A stretch of DNA of 64,000 nucleotides from an uncultured Gemmatimonadales bacterium (GCA_963716255.1 OY970303.1:1664001-1728000); one strand, 5' to 3'. Shown: positions 29,370-41,011, counted from the first letter of the stretch. Numbers and translations are program-made. The notes: generated by a model not told the origin, from the sequence alone.

Positions 29370-29673
29370 CGTGGCTCCGGGTACCGGGGGTCCTGCACGT
29401 CCCGGGAGATCGCGGTCGCGACTCCGGGTGCTGCGCTCGCGGGTGCCGTCCCGCCGTGTACTCCCTGGCCGCACTGCGTATTCTTTCAGTATAACTGTGT
29501 ACGGCGCATAAACCTAAAGATATCGTCGGCTTTCGCCGGGCCGGTGGGCGCCCTGCCGTCCGCCTGCGCCCACGCCGAGGTGACCCCCGGCACGTCCCGC
29601 TTGACGGCGGCGCCCCCGGGTCCGAAGCTGCATCTCCGCCGCGCTGGCCGCAGCCGAGATCCGAGCCAACCAG

Positions 29674-30321
29674 ATGACCGCCGAGCCGCCCATCGAGATC
29701 GAGGTCGAGGAGCACCCGCTCCTCCGCGTCGCAGCGTTCACCACGCGCTTCCCCGCCCCGCTGGGCAATCTCGCCACCCCGGACGAGGTCCTCCGCCTGC
29801 TGGACGCCGGCGCACCCGCGCCGCTCGCGCGCGACGAGCCGGTGCGCGCCGCCGTGCGCGACCTGCTGCGGTGGGGCGGCTACAAGCCCACCGGGCGCGG
29901 CAAGCCCGCCTCGGAGTACCTGGTACGCGCCGCCGGGGAGGGGGCGCTGGGGAGCATCAACCTGGCGGTGGACGCCTGCAACGCCGTGTCGCTGCACGCC
30001 GGGCTCCCCGTCAGCGTGGTGGACCTGGCGCTCGCCCGGCCGCCCTTCCGCGTGGCCCTGGCGCCCGCGGGCGCGTCGTACGTCTTCAACGCGGCGGGCC
30101 AGGAGATCGACCTGGGCGGCCTCCTCTGCCTGTGGGACGCGGACGGCCCCTGCGCCAACGCGGTCCGCGACTCGCAGCGCACCAAGACCCGCCCCGACAC
30201 CACGGACACGCTCTCGGTGGTGTGGGGCGCCGCCGGCCACGAGGAGCGGCTGCGCGACGCCGCGGCGTGGTACCGCGAGCTGCTGGAGCGCGCCGGCGCC
30301 AGCACCGCCCCGGCGGGCTGA
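29674..30321 (+). CDS. Standalone B3/B4 (PheRS beta editing-like) domain protein
   Basis: YKPTGRGKPASEYL and INLAVDACNAVSL motifs of the B3/4 domain. Confidence 0.8.
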   Translation: MTAEPPIEIEVEEHPLLRVAAFTTRFPAPLGNLATPDEVLRLLDAGAPAPLARDEPVRAAVRDLLRWGGYKPTGRGKPASEYLVRAAGEGALGSINLAVDACNAVSLHAGLPVSVVDLALARPPFRVALAPAGASYVFNAAGQEIDLGGLLCLWDADGPCANAVRDSQRTKTRPDTTDTLSVVWGAAGHEERLRDAAAWYRELLERAGASTAPAG

Positions 30322-30352
30322 CCCGGGGTCCGCGCTTCCTGACAGCGGGTTC

Positions 30353-30567
30353 GGGCGTGTCCCCGGCTGGCGCCGGGGTCGGGCTTCGGCTCCGTAGAGC
30401 ACGAAACTACCGTGCTCGACGGAGTCGAGCCCCGGCGGAAACAGCCCCGCCGTGTCTCGCCCCTCCGGGCCGAAATCCCTCACGCGGGGCTCGCGCTGGC
30501 GCCGGCTGGGGCCCCCTCCCCCGCAAGCGGGAGAGGGTGGCGAGCCCGAAGCGAGCCGGGTGAGGGC
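30353..30567 (+). repeat. Element A copy 5 (30353-30485) + element B
   Basis: Inner stem GAGCACG-AAACTAC-CGTGCTC. Confidence 0.9.
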
Positions 30568-30577
30568 CGTACGACGA

Positions 30578-30612
30578 CGCCCCCGCCGGGAGATCCCGGC
30601 GGGGGCGCCTTT
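30578..30612. terminator. Hairpin between convergent genes
   Basis: CGCCCCCGCCGGG-AGAT-CCCGGCGGGGGCG inverted repeat. Confidence 0.55.
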
Positions 30613-30639
30613 CGTGCTTCGTACCGTTTGCCCGGCGCG

Positions 30640-33600
30640 TTACGGGGCCGCGGGCGCGCCGGCCTGGAGGAGCCGCATCCAGGCCTTGGACAGCCGCTCG
30701 TACTCGCCCGGGCAGCGCCGCGCGCGCGCCACCGGCAGGCCGCCGTCGGACACGAGGCTGGCGTACTTCTGCGGGTCGGAGCCGTAGATCCAGCAGGCGA
30801 TGTTGAAGAGGCGCTGCGGCCCCAGCGAGTGCTCGTCGGCGAAGTCCGAGTTGTCGTAGGTGGCGCCCGGTCCCGGCTGGATCGCCCGCACCCCGTTCAG
30901 CGCCGCGACCGCGCCCTTGTCGCCGCTGCCGATGAGCATCACCGCGGCGAGCTGGTCCACCGCGTCCTCCTCGCGCCCGGTGATGGGCAGGTCCAGCACG
31001 TCCACCAGCGCGTGCCCTACCTCGTGCATCAGGATGAAGGTGGCCGCCCCGTCCACGGTCTCGCGCTGCTCCGTGGTCCAGGCGCCGTCCGGCACGAACT
31101 GGTTCACCAGGTCCTGGAACAGCTCGTAGCAGAAGGTGACCGTGCCGTCGCGCGGGCTGTAGAAGGCGTTGATCTGGCCGCACTGGTCGCTGCGGAGCCC
31201 CACGTTGCGCGGGAGCGGGAACTGCTGGTTGAGCCCCTCCACCAGCGACTCCAGCATCCCCGACTGTTTGAAGCGCTGCTCCAGCGGGCGGAAGACCGGG
31301 TTGCTGGCGCTGACGTAGGAGTACACCCACTTGCCCCCGGCCGCGGGCCGCGATTGGGTCGGGGCGGAGGCCGTGGCGGAGAGCGACTGCACGGTGAGCG
31401 TGTAGCTCCCCGTCTTGCCGGCCTCGAAGGCGTTGGCCTGGACCACGTACACGCCCGTCCCGCCCACCGTCACCGTCACCTGCGCGTCGGTGCCGCCGCC
31501 GGTGTCGTCGTCGGTGGCCTCCGCCTGGAAGTTGTTCCCGCTCAGCAGCCCCCAGCGCAGGTACGCGTCGAAGTCGGTGGAGCGCATGGTGATCTGCAGC
31601 CGCTCGCCGGGACGCCCGCGGTACACGTACTGGTCGAAGAACGAGCTGTCCGACAGCATCAGGTCGGAGCGCGTCAGCGTCCCGCTGACCGTCTGCCCCG
31701 CCGTCAGCGTCACCGCGCCCGCGGGCGCCGAGGCGGTCGTCTGCCGCGCGGCGGACACCGGCTCCACCGACAGCGTGTAGTTCCCCGTCTCCCCCGCCCG
31801 CAGGGTGTTGGCCTGGATGGCGTAGGTGCCGCTGGTCCCCACCGTGGCCACGAGCTGCGAGTTGCTGCCGCCGCCGCTGTCGTCGTCGCTCGCCTCGGAG
31901 GTGAAGGTGTTCCCCGTCATGCGCCCCCAGGCCAGGTAGGCGTCGAAGGCGGTGGAGCGCAGCGTGACCAGCACCTGCTCGCCCGGGCGCCCGCGGTACA
32001 CGTACAGGTCGTAGTGCGTGTTGTCGCTCAGCTTGGGGTCGGTGGTGTCGATCCGCCCGTTCACCGTCTGCCCCATGGCGATGGACGCCGCCCCCGTGGG
32101 CGTCCCCCCGGCGCCCTCCACCCGCAGCGTGTAGCCGCCGGTGGTGTTGGGGCGCAGCGAGTTGGCCTGGATGGCGTACGTGCCGGAGGCGTCCACCGTC
32201 ACCTGGAGCCGCGAGTTGGTGCCGCCGGCCCCGTCGTCGTCCGAGTCCACCACCACGAACTCGCTCCCCTGCATGCGCCCGCCGCGCAGGTACGCGTCGA
32301 AGTCGCTGGAGGTGAGCGTCACCAGGATCTGCTCGCCGGGACGCCCCTGGTACAGGTAGGTGTCCACGAACGACTGGTCCGACATCCGCGCGTCCGAAGT
32401 TTCCAGCCGCCCGTTGACGCTTTCCCCGGCGCGGATGGTGTTGCCCCCCGTGCGCGAATCGGTGCGCGGCGCGCCGCCGGCGCGCTCCACGGCCAGGGTG
32501 TAGCTCCCCGTCTTCCCGGCGCCCAGCGAGTTGGCGCGGACCACGTAGGTGCCGCTGCTCCCCACCGTGACCCGAACCTGCGAGTCGGTCCCGCCCGCGC
32601 CGTCGTCGTCCGAACTCTCCGACGCGAAGCCCGTGCCGGTTCCCCGTCCCCACGCCAGGTAGGTGTCGAAGTCGCTCGAGCGCAGCGTGATGACCAGCTG
32701 GTCGCCGGGGCGGCCGCTGTAGGTGTAGTCGTCGTAGTACGAGTTGTCGCCCATCTTGGGGTCGGACGCGTCCAGCCGCCCGCTCACCGTCTGCCCCGGG
32801 GCGATGCTGCCCCCGCCGCTGTTGCCCTGCGGCCCGGGGCGGGGCGAGGGTGTGGGCTGCGGCGTGGGCGCGCCGGTCGCCGGCTGCACGGTCAGGGTGT
32901 AGGGGCCGGTGACGTTGGGCGCCACCGAGTTGGCGCGGATCACGTAGGTGCCGCTGCTCCCCACCGCCACCGTGAGCTGCGAATCGGTGCCGCCCGCGCC
33001 GTCGTCGTCCGTCCCCTCCGACGTGAAGGTGCTCCCGCTGCGCGTCCCCCACGCCAGGAAGGTGTCGAAGGCGCCCGAGCGCATCGTGATGGTGATGCGC
33101 TCGCCCGGCCGCCCGCGGTACGTGTAGTCGTCGAAGTACGAGTTGTCGCTCATCTTGGGGTCGGACGCGTCCAGCCGTCCGCTCACCGTCTGCCCGGAGG
33201 CGATGCTGCCGCCGCCGCCCTGCGGTCCGGGCTGCGGCGTGGGCCCGGGCTGCGGCCCCGGTGTCGGCGCCGGCGCTGGCGCTGGCGCTGGCGCGCCGCC
33301 CGCCGGCTGCACGCTGAGCGTGTAGGCGCCGGTGATGTTGGGCGCCACCGAGTTGGCGCGGATCACGTACGTGCCGGCGCTTCCCACCGTCACCGTGAGC
33401 CGCGAGTCGGTGCCGCCCGCGCCGTCGTCGTCCGTCCCTTCCGACGTGAAGGTGCTCCCGCTGCGCGTCCCCCACGCCAGGAAGGTGTCGAAGGCGCCCG
33501 AGCGCAGCGTGATGGTGATGCGCTCGCCCGGCCGTCCGCGGTACGTGTAGTCGTCGAAATACGAGTTGTCGGCCATCTTGGGGTCGGACGTGTCCAGCCG

Positions 33601-34107
33601 CCCGTTCACCGTCTGCCCGGAGGCGATGCTGCCGCCGCCGCCCTGCGGTCCGGGCTGCGGCGTGGGCCCGGGCTGCGGCGCCGGCCCCGGCACCCCGCCC
33701 GCCAGCTGCACGCTGAGGGTGTAGGCGCCGGTGGTGTTGGGCGCCACCGAGTTGGCGCGGATCACGTACGTGCCCGCGCTCCCCACCGTCACCGTCAGCT
33801 GCGAATCGGTGCCGCCGGCGCCGTCGTCGTCCGAGCCCTCCGAGCGAAAGCCCGTCGCGCCCCCCTGCCCCCAGGCGAGGAAGGTGTCGAACTCGCGCGA
33901 GCGCAGGGTGATCGTGATGCGCTCGCCCGCCCGCCCGCGGTAGGTGTACTCGTCGTAGTGCGAGTTGTCCGACATCTTGGGGTCGGACGTATCCAGGCGG
34001 CCGTTCACCGTCTGGCCTGCGGAGATGCTCTGCGCGGCGGCGCCGCCGGGGGCCGCGGCGAACAGCGCCGCGGCGAGGAGTGCGGGTGGGGCGAATCTCG
34101 CGATCAT
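30640..34107 (-). CDS. Secreted protein: 7 PPC-like repeats + C-terminal DUF4344-type Zn metallopeptidase
   Basis: Signal peptide; seven ~105-aa repeats (GQTVxGRL...DxY...DDDGAGG...GxYTLxV); C-terminal HEVGH, DLPITGREEDAVDQ, DEH, IACWIYG. Confidence 0.8.
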   Translation of the reverse strand: MIARFAPPALLAAALFAAAPGGAAAQSISAGQTVNGRLDTSDPKMSDNSHYDEYTYRGRAGERITITLRSREFDTFLAWGQGGATGFRSEGSDDDGAGGTDSQLTVTVGSAGTYVIRANSVAPNTTGAYTLSVQLAGGVPGPAPQPGPTPQPGPQGGGGSIASGQTVNGRLDTSDPKMADNSYFDDYTYRGRPGERITITLRSGAFDTFLAWGTRSGSTFTSEGTDDDGAGGTDSRLTVTVGSAGTYVIRANSVAPNITGAYTLSVQPAGGAPAPAPAPAPTPGPQPGPTPQPGPQGGGGSIASGQTVSGRLDASDPKMSDNSYFDDYTYRGRPGERITITMRSGAFDTFLAWGTRSGSTFTSEGTDDDGAGGTDSQLTVAVGSSGTYVIRANSVAPNVTGPYTLTVQPATGAPTPQPTPSPRPGPQGNSGGGSIAPGQTVSGRLDASDPKMGDNSYYDDYTYSGRPGDQLVITLRSSDFDTYLAWGRGTGTGFASESSDDDGAGGTDSQVRVTVGSSGTYVVRANSLGAGKTGSYTLAVERAGGAPRTDSRTGGNTIRAGESVNGRLETSDARMSDQSFVDTYLYQGRPGEQILVTLTSSDFDAYLRGGRMQGSEFVVVDSDDDGAGGTNSRLQVTVDASGTYAIQANSLRPNTTGGYTLRVEGAGGTPTGAASIAMGQTVNGRIDTTDPKLSDNTHYDLYVYRGRPGEQVLVTLRSTAFDAYLAWGRMTGNTFTSEASDDDSGGGSNSQLVATVGTSGTYAIQANTLRAGETGNYTLSVEPVSAARQTTASAPAGAVTLTAGQTVSGTLTRSDLMLSDSSFFDQYVYRGRPGERLQITMRSTDFDAYLRWGLLSGNNFQAEATDDDTGGGTDAQVTVTVGGTGVYVVQANAFEAGKTGSYTLTVQSLSATASAPTQSRPAAGGKWVYSYVSASNPVFRPLEQRFKQSGMLESLVEGLNQQFPLPRNVGLRSDQCGQINAFYSPRDGTVTFCYELFQDLVNQFVPDGAWTTEQRETVDGAATFILMHEVGHALVDVLDLPITGREEDAVDQLAAVMLIGSGDKGAVAALNGVRAIQPGPGATYDNSDFADEHSLGPQRLFNIACWIYGSDPQKYASLVSDGGLPVARARRCPGEYERLSKAWMRLLQAGAPAAP

Positions 34108-34327
34108 GGCCGGAGGGAAGAGGGAAAAGTTGCGGACGCATCCCGCACGGCCGGGTGGGCCAGCGCGGAGATCCTGGGCGGCAGATGGGTCGGGAACGGG
34201 CGGCGCCCGCCGGATGGCGGGCGCCGGATCCCGGCGGGCGGCGCGAAGTGCGGGCCCGCCGGAGCATCCGCGCCGGAGGGGCGCGGGCGGGGAACAGTTT
34301 ATCGTGCCGGGGCGCGGAAGGCCAGGC

Positions 34328-35512
34328 TTACGTTTCCTGGCGCTTCGCTCCCGCCGTCAGCCGCTCCAGGCTCGCCCCCCCGGAGGCGGCGCACACGTAC
34401 ACCCTGGGGTGCAGCCGGGTGGCGGTCTCGTAGCCGGCGGCCACTTCGCGCACGAAGCCGCCGACCGCCCCCGCCTCCACCAGCGCCACCGCGCACCCGC
34501 CGAAGCCGGCGCCGGTCATGCGCGCCCCGTGGCACCCCGGCCGGGCCTGGGCCAGCTCCACGATCACGTCCAGCTCGTGGCGCGACACCTCGAAGTCGTC
34601 GCGGAGGCTGGCGTGGCTGGCGTTCATCAGGCGCCCCATCGCCGCGGCGTCGCCGCGGGCCATCGCCTCCGCGGCCTCCAGGGTGCGCGCGTTCTCGGTG
34701 ACCACGTGGCGCGCGCGCCGCAGGGACACCGGGTCCATTTCCGCGGCGCGCGCTTCCAGGGTGGCCGCGTCCACGTCGCGCAGCGCCGGCACCCCGAAGA
34801 ACGCCGCCGCGGCCTCGCAGGCGGCGCGGCGCTCGTTGTACGCCGAGCCCACCAGCCCGCGCCGGGTGGAGGTGTCCAGGATCACCACCGCGGTTTCGGG
34901 GGGGAGCGGCACCGGCCGCGTCGCCAGCGAGCGGCAGTCGATCAGCAGCGCGTGCCCCTCCACCCCCGACGCCGAGATCATCGGGTCCATGATCCCGGAG
35001 TTCACCCCCACCCACTCGTTCTCCGCCCGCTGCCCCAGCAGCGCCATCTCCCGCGGCTCCCAGGCGAAGCCGGACGAGGCGAAAAAGGCGCGCGCCGTCG
35101 CCATCTCCACCGCGGCGCTGGAGGAAAGCCCCGCCCCCACCGGCACGTCACCGGCGGTGACGCCCTCCCAGCCCGCGAGCGCGTGGCCGCGCTCCTGGAG
35201 CGCCCACGCCACCCCGCGCACGTACTCGATCCATTCGCCGCCGCCGTCGCGGGCCAGGCCGTCCAGCTCGAACTCGCGCCGCGCGTCGAAGTACAGCGAG
35301 TACACGGACACGGTGCGGTCGCGGCGGGAGCGCCCGGCGACCCACACCCCACGGTCGATCGCCATGGGGAGCACGAAGCCGTCGTTGTAGTCGGTGTGCT
35401 CGCCGATCAGGTTGACCCGCCCCGGCGCGCGCGCCACCCACTCCGGCGGGCCCCCGAAGCACGCCTCGAACGCCCGCAGCAGGTTGGAGCGGAGATCGCC
35501 CTCGCCCGTCAT
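34328..35512 (-). CDS. galK: Galactokinase
   Basis: [37 protein letters not shown]. Confidence 0.95.
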   Translation of the reverse strand: MTGEGDLRSNLLRAFEACFGGPPEWVARAPGRVNLIGEHTDYNDGFVLPMAIDRGVWVAGRSRRDRTVSVYSLYFDARREFELDGLARDGGGEWIEYVRGVAWALQERGHALAGWEGVTAGDVPVGAGLSSSAAVEMATARAFFASSGFAWEPREMALLGQRAENEWVGVNSGIMDPMISASGVEGHALLIDCRSLATRPVPLPPETAVVILDTSTRRGLVGSAYNERRAACEAAAAFFGVPALRDVDAATLEARAAEMDPVSLRRARHVVTENARTLEAAEAMARGDAAAMGRLMNASHASLRDDFEVSRHELDVIVELAQARPGCHGARMTGAGFGGCAVALVEAGAVGGFVREVAAGYETATRLHPRVYVCAASGGASLERLTAGAKRQET

Positions 35513-36504
35513 GGTGCGGCGCTCCGGTCCGCGTAGCCGCGGGGGTGCGCCCGGTGCCAGGCCCAGGCGCTCTCGATGATGTCCTTCAGATCGGGGAAGC
35601 GCGGCGCCCACCCCAGCTCGCCGCGGATGCGGTCGCTCCCCGCCACCAGCGTCGCGGGGTCGCCGGGGCGCCGCGGCCCCACCTCCACCGGGATGGGGTG
35701 GCCGGTGACCGCGCGCGCCGTCTCGATCACCTCGCGCACGCTGAAGCCGGTGCCGTTCCCCAGGTTGTAGGTGCGGCTCCCGCCGTCCAGCGCGTGCAGC
35801 GCCAGCACGTGCGCCTGCGCCAGGTCGGACACGTGCACGTAGTCGCGCACGCAGGTGCCGTCCGGGGTGTCGTAGTCCTCGCCGAAGATGGTCACCGTTT
35901 CCCGCTGCCCCATCGCCACCTGGAGCACCAGGGGGATCAGGTGCGTTTCCGGGTCGTGGTCCTCGCCCAGCTCCGGGGACACGGCGCCCGCGGCGTTGAA
36001 GTAGCGGAGCGCCGCGTACCTCATCCCGAAGCGGTCGTCCATCCAGTGGAGCATGCGCTCCAGCAGGTACTTGGACTCGCCGTAAGGGCTCCCGGGGCGG
36101 ATGGGCGCGTCCGCCGGGATGGGGACCTCGTCCGGCAGCCCGAACAGGTTGGCGGTGGACGACAGGATGAAGCGCTTCACCCCGTGCTCCACGGCGCTCT
36201 CCAGCAGGTTCAGGCCGTTCCTGACGTTCTCGCCCAGGTACAGAAAGGGCTTCTCCATGGACTCGCCCACCAGCGTGCGCGAGGCGAAGTGGAGGATCCC
36301 TTCCGGGCGATGCTCCGCCAGCGCGCGGTCGATCGCGGACCGGTCGGCCAGGTCGCCCACCACCAGCGCCGCGGCGGGGTGCACCGCCTCGCGGTGCCCC
36401 TGCGACAGGTCGTCGAAGATCGTCACCTCGTCGCCCGCGGCCACCAGGTCCGCCACGGTGGCGCTGCCGATGTAGCCCGCACCCCCCGTCACCAGGACCC
36501 TCAT
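35509..36504 (-). CDS. galE: UDP-glucose 4-epimerase
   Basis: [35 protein letters not shown]. Confidence 0.95.
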   Translation of the reverse strand: MRVLVTGGAGYIGSATVADLVAAGDEVTIFDDLSQGHREAVHPAAALVVGDLADRSAIDRALAEHRPEGILHFASRTLVGESMEKPFLYLGENVRNGLNLLESAVEHGVKRFILSSTANLFGLPDEVPIPADAPIRPGSPYGESKYLLERMLHWMDDRFGMRYAALRYFNAAGAVSPELGEDHDPETHLIPLVLQVAMGQRETVTIFGEDYDTPDGTCVRDYVHVSDLAQAHVLALHALDGGSRTYNLGNGTGFSVREVIETARAVTGHPIPVEVGPRRPGDPATLVAGSDRIRGELGWAPRFPDLKDIIESAWAWHRAHPRGYADRSAAP

Positions 36505-37601
36505 GGAGCGCCCTCCCCCGGCCGTGTCTCCGGCAGGTCCCGCAGCCGCGCCGCGCTGCTCTCCGGGGTGACGTCGCGCTGCGGCTCGCCCAGCATCTCG
36601 TATCCCACCATGAATTTTTTCACCGTCGCCGAGCGGAGCAGCGGCGGAAGGAAGTGCATGTGAAGGTGCCACTCCGGGTGCGTCCGCCCGTCGGTGGGCG
36701 CCTGGTGCAGCCCGGCCGAGTAGGGGAACGGCACCTCGAAGAGGTGGTCGTAGCGGCGGGTGAGCCGCTGCACGATGTCGGCCAGCCCGTCGCGCTCGGC
36801 GTCGTCCAGGGCGAGCAGGTCGGGCACCGGGCGGCGGGGGAGCACCAGCGTCTCGAAGGGCCAGGTCGCCCAGTACGGCACCAGCGCCACCCAGGCGTCG
36901 TTGGCGCACACCACCCGCTCCTCGCGCTCCGTCTCCAGGCGAAGGTAGTCCGCCAGCAGCGTACGCCCGTGCCGCGCGAAGTGCGCGGCCTGCCGCTCGC
37001 CCTCGCGAGCGGGGATCAGCGGGACCGACGCCTGCGCCCAGATCTGCCCGTGGGGGTGCGGGTTGCTGGCCCCCATCGCCGCGCCCCTGTTCTCGAAGAC
37101 CTGCACGTGGCCGATCTCCGGCCGGCTCCCCAGGTCGGCGAGCTGCTCGGCCCACAGGTCCACCACCGCGCGCACCCCGGCCGCGTCCATCTCCGGGAGC
37201 GACAGGTCGTGCCGCGGCGAGAAGCAGATCACCCGGCAGATGCCGGGCTCCGCGCGGGCCACCAGGAGCCCGTCCACGTCCACGGCCGCCGCGGGCGCGT
37301 CCGGCTTCAGCGCGGCGAAGTCGTTGTCGAAGACGAAGGTGCCGGGGTACTCGGGGTTGCGCACCCCGCCCGCGCGCTCGTTCCCCGGGCACAGGTAGCA
37401 CCCGGGGTCGTGCTCCGGGCGCCGCTCCACCGCAGGGCGCTCCACCTCCCCCTGCCAGGGGCGCAGCGCCCGGTGCGGCGACACCAGCACCCACTCGCCG
37501 GAGAGCGGGTTCAGCCGGCGGTGCGGCGTCTCGGCGAGCGCCTCCGCGCCCGCAGCGCCTGGACCCGCCCGTGCGGAGGCGGGCGTCGGGGTCGATCGCA
37601 T
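36501..37601 (-). CDS. galT: Galactose-1-phosphate uridylyltransferase
   Basis: [44 protein letters not shown]. Confidence 0.95.
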   Translation of the reverse strand: MRSTPTPASARAGPGAAGAEALAETPHRRLNPLSGEWVLVSPHRALRPWQGEVERPAVERRPEHDPGCYLCPGNERAGGVRNPEYPGTFVFDNDFAALKPDAPAAAVDVDGLLVARAEPGICRVICFSPRHDLSLPEMDAAGVRAVVDLWAEQLADLGSRPEIGHVQVFENRGAAMGASNPHPHGQIWAQASVPLIPAREGERQAAHFARHGRTLLADYLRLETEREERVVCANDAWVALVPYWATWPFETLVLPRRPVPDLLALDDAERDGLADIVQRLTRRYDHLFEVPFPYSAGLHQAPTDGRTHPEWHLHMHFLPPLLRSATVKKFMVGYEMLGEPQRDVTPESSAARLRDLPETRPGEGAP

Positions 37602-37856
37602 GTGTGCGAGCCTCGGATCCGTGTGAGCCGTGTGGGCCAACCGCGAGGGCCGGCCGCACACGGCGGACAACATGCGGGCCGGCCCGCGCGCGCGCCAGCA
37701 CGCGCGTTGCCCCCCCGGCGCTGAAGGAGCGGCCACGGGGCGCCTGCACGATCGGGGCCCCGGAGCTTGCCGCCGGACGGCGCGGGCTTCCTTTTTGAAG
37801 GCTCGCCGTCCGCGGCCCGGCGACGGGCACGATCCCAACCCCGGAGATCCCCGGAG

Positions 37857-38924
37857 ATGGCGGCAGCGAAGGAGGAGGCCGAGCGAGTCCCGTTCGGACG
37901 GCTCCCCACCGGCGAGGAGGTGGACGCGTGGGTGCTGCGGGGCGCGGGCGGGGTGGAGGCGCGCGTGGTCGGCTACGGCGGCGCCATCGTCTCGCTGCGC
38001 GCGCCGGACCGCGAGGGTCGCGTGGCCGACGTGGTGCTGGGCTACGACGACGTCCAGGGGTACGTGGACGGCCAGGCGTACTTCGGGGCGCTGATCGGGC
38101 GATACGCCAACCGCATCCGCGGGGGCCGCTTCCGGCTGGACGGGCGGGAGCACGCCCTTCCCGTCAACGACGGGCCCAACCACCTGCACGGCGGCCCGCT
38201 GGGCTTTCACAGGGCGCTCTGGAGCGTGGAGCCGCTGCACACCGCGGAGGGCGCCGGCCTGGCGCTGGCCCACGACAGCCCGGACGGCGACCAGGGATAC
38301 CCCGGCGCCGTGCGGGCCCGGGTCGCGTACCTGCTGACCGCGCGGGGCGACTTGGTGGTGGACTACCGCGCCACCAGCGACCGGCCCACCCCCGTCGGCT
38401 TCACGCAGCACAGCTACTTCAACCTCACCGGCGACCCGGCGCGCGACGTCCTGGACCACCGGCTGCGGCTGGAGGCGGACGGCTTCACCCCGGTGGACGG
38501 GACGCTGATCCCCACCGGCGAGACCGCCCCGGTGGCGGGAACGCCCTTCGACTTCCGCGAGCCCGCCGCCATGGGAGGGCGCATCGGCGCCGGCCACCCG
38601 CAGCTCGCGCGGGCGGGCGGGTACGACCACAACTTCGTGCTCCGCGGCGGCGGCCTGCGGCTCGCGGCCCGGGTGCACGAGCCCGGGTCCGGCCGCGTGC
38701 TGGAGGTGCACACCACCGAGCCGGGGATCCAGTTCTACTCCGGCAACTTCCTGGACGGCACCGACCGCGGAAAGGGCGGCGCCCGCTACGGCCGCCGCTG
38801 CGGCTTCTGCCTGGAGCCGCAGCACTTCCCCGACTCGCCCAACCAGCCGGCGTTCCCATCGGCGATCCTGCGGCCCGGCGAGTTCTACTCGTCGCGGACG
38901 GTGTACCGGTTCGGAGTCGAATAG
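37857..38924 (+). CDS. galM: Aldose 1-epimerase (galactose mutarotase)
   Basis: [38 protein letters not shown]. Confidence 0.93.
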   Translation: MAAAKEEAERVPFGRLPTGEEVDAWVLRGAGGVEARVVGYGGAIVSLRAPDREGRVADVVLGYDDVQGYVDGQAYFGALIGRYANRIRGGRFRLDGREHALPVNDGPNHLHGGPLGFHRALWSVEPLHTAEGAGLALAHDSPDGDQGYPGAVRARVAYLLTARGDLVVDYRATSDRPTPVGFTQHSYFNLTGDPARDVLDHRLRLEADGFTPVDGTLIPTGETAPVAGTPFDFREPAAMGGRIGAGHPQLARAGGYDHNFVLRGGGLRLAARVHEPGSGRVLEVHTTEPGIQFYSGNFLDGTDRGKGGARYGRRCGFCLEPQHFPDSPNQPAFPSAILRPGEFYSSRTVYRFGVE

Positions 38925-38952
38925 GATGTCCCCGATCCAGAGAGAGAACGAG

Positions 38953-39690
38953 ATGACGCACGACCTCCTGCTGCTCAGCAACTCGCAGGTGCACGGACGG
39001 GGCTACCTGGAGCACGCGCTTGCTGCGCTGCGCGACTTCCTGGACGGGCGCCGCTCCGTGCTGTTCGCGCCGTTCGCGCTGCGCGACCACGACGCCTACG
39101 TGGCGCGCATCGCGGATGCGCTGGCGCCGCTGGGCGTGAGCGTGCGCGGGCTGCACGCGGAAGCCGACCCCCTGGCCGCCGTCCGCGCGGCCGAGGTGCT
39201 GTACGTGGGCGGCGGCAACAGCTTCCGCCTGCTCAAGGCGCTCCGCGGCCGCGGGCTCGTGCGGGCCGTGCGGGAGCGCGTGGCGGCGGGGGAGATGGCG
39301 TACGTGGGCTCCAGCGCCGGCACCAACATGGCCTGCCCCACGCTCCGCACCACCAACGACATGCCCATCGTGCAGCCGGACGCGTTCGAGGCGTTCGCCC
39401 TGCTGCCCTTCCAGGTCAACCCGCACTACCTGGACGCCGACCCGGGCTCCACCCACATGGGCGAGACGCGCGCCCAGCGCATCGCCCAGTTCCTGGAGGA
39501 GAACGACGTCCCGGTGCTGGGGATGCGCGAAGGGGCCTGGCTGCGGCGGCGCGGCGGCCGGCTGGAGCTGGGCGGAGAGACGGGCGCGCTGCTCTTCCTG
39601 CGCGGCGAGGAGCCGCGCCCCTTCGAGGGCGGCGACGACCTGTCGTTCCTGCTGACGCTGCCCGCGCGCTTCGACGCCCCCTTGCCCTAG
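38953..39690 (+). CDS. pepE: Dipeptidase E (peptidase S51)
   Basis: LLLLSNS, VGGGNSF, GSSAG, TTNDMPI, QVNPHY, GETR; alternative start 38926. Confidence 0.9.
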   Translation: MTHDLLLLSNSQVHGRGYLEHALAALRDFLDGRRSVLFAPFALRDHDAYVARIADALAPLGVSVRGLHAEADPLAAVRAAEVLYVGGGNSFRLLKALRGRGLVRAVRERVAAGEMAYVGSSAGTNMACPTLRTTNDMPIVQPDAFEAFALLPFQVNPHYLDADPGSTHMGETRAQRIAQFLEENDVPVLGMREGAWLRRRGGRLELGGETGALLFLRGEEPRPFEGGDDLSFLLTLPARFDAPLP

Positions 39691-39831
39691 ACGCGCGAGG
39701 CCACGCGGAGCTCACCCCCGGCTCCGGGAGCCGCCGGCCGGGCGTGGCGCTTGCGTGCGGCCGCGTGTCCCCGCCGCGGGCGTGCTCGCGGCCCCGGCGC
39801 ACACGGACGTTGCAGCAGGAGAGGTACCACG

Positions 39832-40755
39832 GTGCGGAAGCGCAAGATCGGGTCGCTGGAGGTGTCGGTCGTCGGGGTGGGCTGCAACAACTTCGGGACG
39901 CGGATCGACGCCGCGGCCACGGCGGAGGTGGTGGGCGCGGCGCTGGACGCCGGCATCCGGTTCTTCGACACGGCCGACGTATACGGCAGGGGGCTGAGCG
40001 AGGAATACCTGGGCCGCGCCCTCGGCCCCCGGCGCGGCGAGGTGGTGATCGCCACCAAGTTCGGCGGCGCCATGGACGAGCAGCGGCGCGGCGCGCGGCC
40101 GGAGTACGTGCGGCGGGCCGCGGAGGACAGCCTGCGCCGCCTGGGGACCGATTACATCGACCTGTACCAGATCCACCGTCCGGACCCCGAGGTGCCCATC
40201 GCCGACACGCTCGGGGCGCTCGAAGAGCTTGTCCGGGCGGGCAAGGTGCGCGAGATCGGCTGCTCCAACTTCTCGGCGGAACAGCTCCGCGAGGCGGAGG
40301 CAGCGGCGCCCGGCGGAGCGCGGTTCGCGAGCGTGCAGAACGAGTACAGCCTGCTCCACCGCGAGCCCGAGGCGGAAGTGCTGCCGGAGTGCGAGCGCCT
40401 GGGCCTCGCCTTTCTCCCCTACTTCCCGCTCGCCAGCGGGCTGCTCACCGGCAAGTACCGCAGGGACCGGGCGGCGCCGCAGGGGACCCGCATCACCGAG
40501 GGCGGCTGGCGCGCGGACGTGCTCACGGACGCGAACCTGGAGCGCGTGGAGGGGCTGATCGGCTGGGCGGACAGCCGGGGGAGCACCGTGCTGGAGCTGG
40601 CGTTCTCCTGGCTCCTGGCGCGGCCGGCGGTGGCGTCGGTGATCGCGGGAGCCACCTCTCCCGGGCAGGTGCGGAGCAACGCCGCGGCGGCGGGGTGGAA
40701 GCTGACGGACGCGGAGCTCGCCGAGGTGGACGCGGTGCTGCGGAGCGGGGGGTGA
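39832..40755 (+). CDS. Aldo/keto reductase
   Basis: GCNNFG, DTADVYG, ATKFG, SLRRLGTDYIDLYQIH, IGCSN, QNEYSLL. Confidence 0.92.
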   Translation: MRKRKIGSLEVSVVGVGCNNFGTRIDAAATAEVVGAALDAGIRFFDTADVYGRGLSEEYLGRALGPRRGEVVIATKFGGAMDEQRRGARPEYVRRAAEDSLRRLGTDYIDLYQIHRPDPEVPIADTLGALEELVRAGKVREIGCSNFSAEQLREAEAAAPGGARFASVQNEYSLLHREPEAEVLPECERLGLAFLPYFPLASGLLTGKYRRDRAAPQGTRITEGGWRADVLTDANLERVEGLIGWADSRGSTVLELAFSWLLARPAVASVIAGATSPGQVRSNAAAAGWKLTDAELAEVDAVLRSGG

Positions 40756-40761
40756 CGGCAG

Positions 40762-40979
40762 GCCCTCACCCGGCTCGCTTGAGGCTCGCCACCCTCTCCC
40801 AATTCCGGGAGAGGGGGCAACGGCTGGATGCCGAGGTCATGTCGGCAGTTGCGTGAGGGATTACGGCCCGAAGGGGCGAGACCGCGCGGCAGTTTGCGCG
40901 GTCTCGACTCCGTTGCAGACGGTCGTTTCGTCTGCTACGGAGCCGAAGCCCGACCCCGGCGCTAGCCGGGGGCACGCCC
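40762..40979 (-). repeat. Element B + element A copy 6 (40851-40979, reverse)
   Basis: Inner stem GCAGACG-AAACGAC-CGTCTGC. Confidence 0.9.
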
Positions 40980-41011
40980 GGACCTGCCTTTCGATCCGTT
41001 GTAACCGCCCC

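Noticed and set aside
462..34701. Very long ORFs in alternative frames or strands (e.g. 462-3722+, 3356-6709-, 11560-14862-, 22181-25843-, 30412-34701+)
   Set aside because: Shadow ORFs caused by high GC; they overlap genes with clear family motifs and are Arg/Gly/Ala/Pro-rich without motifs.
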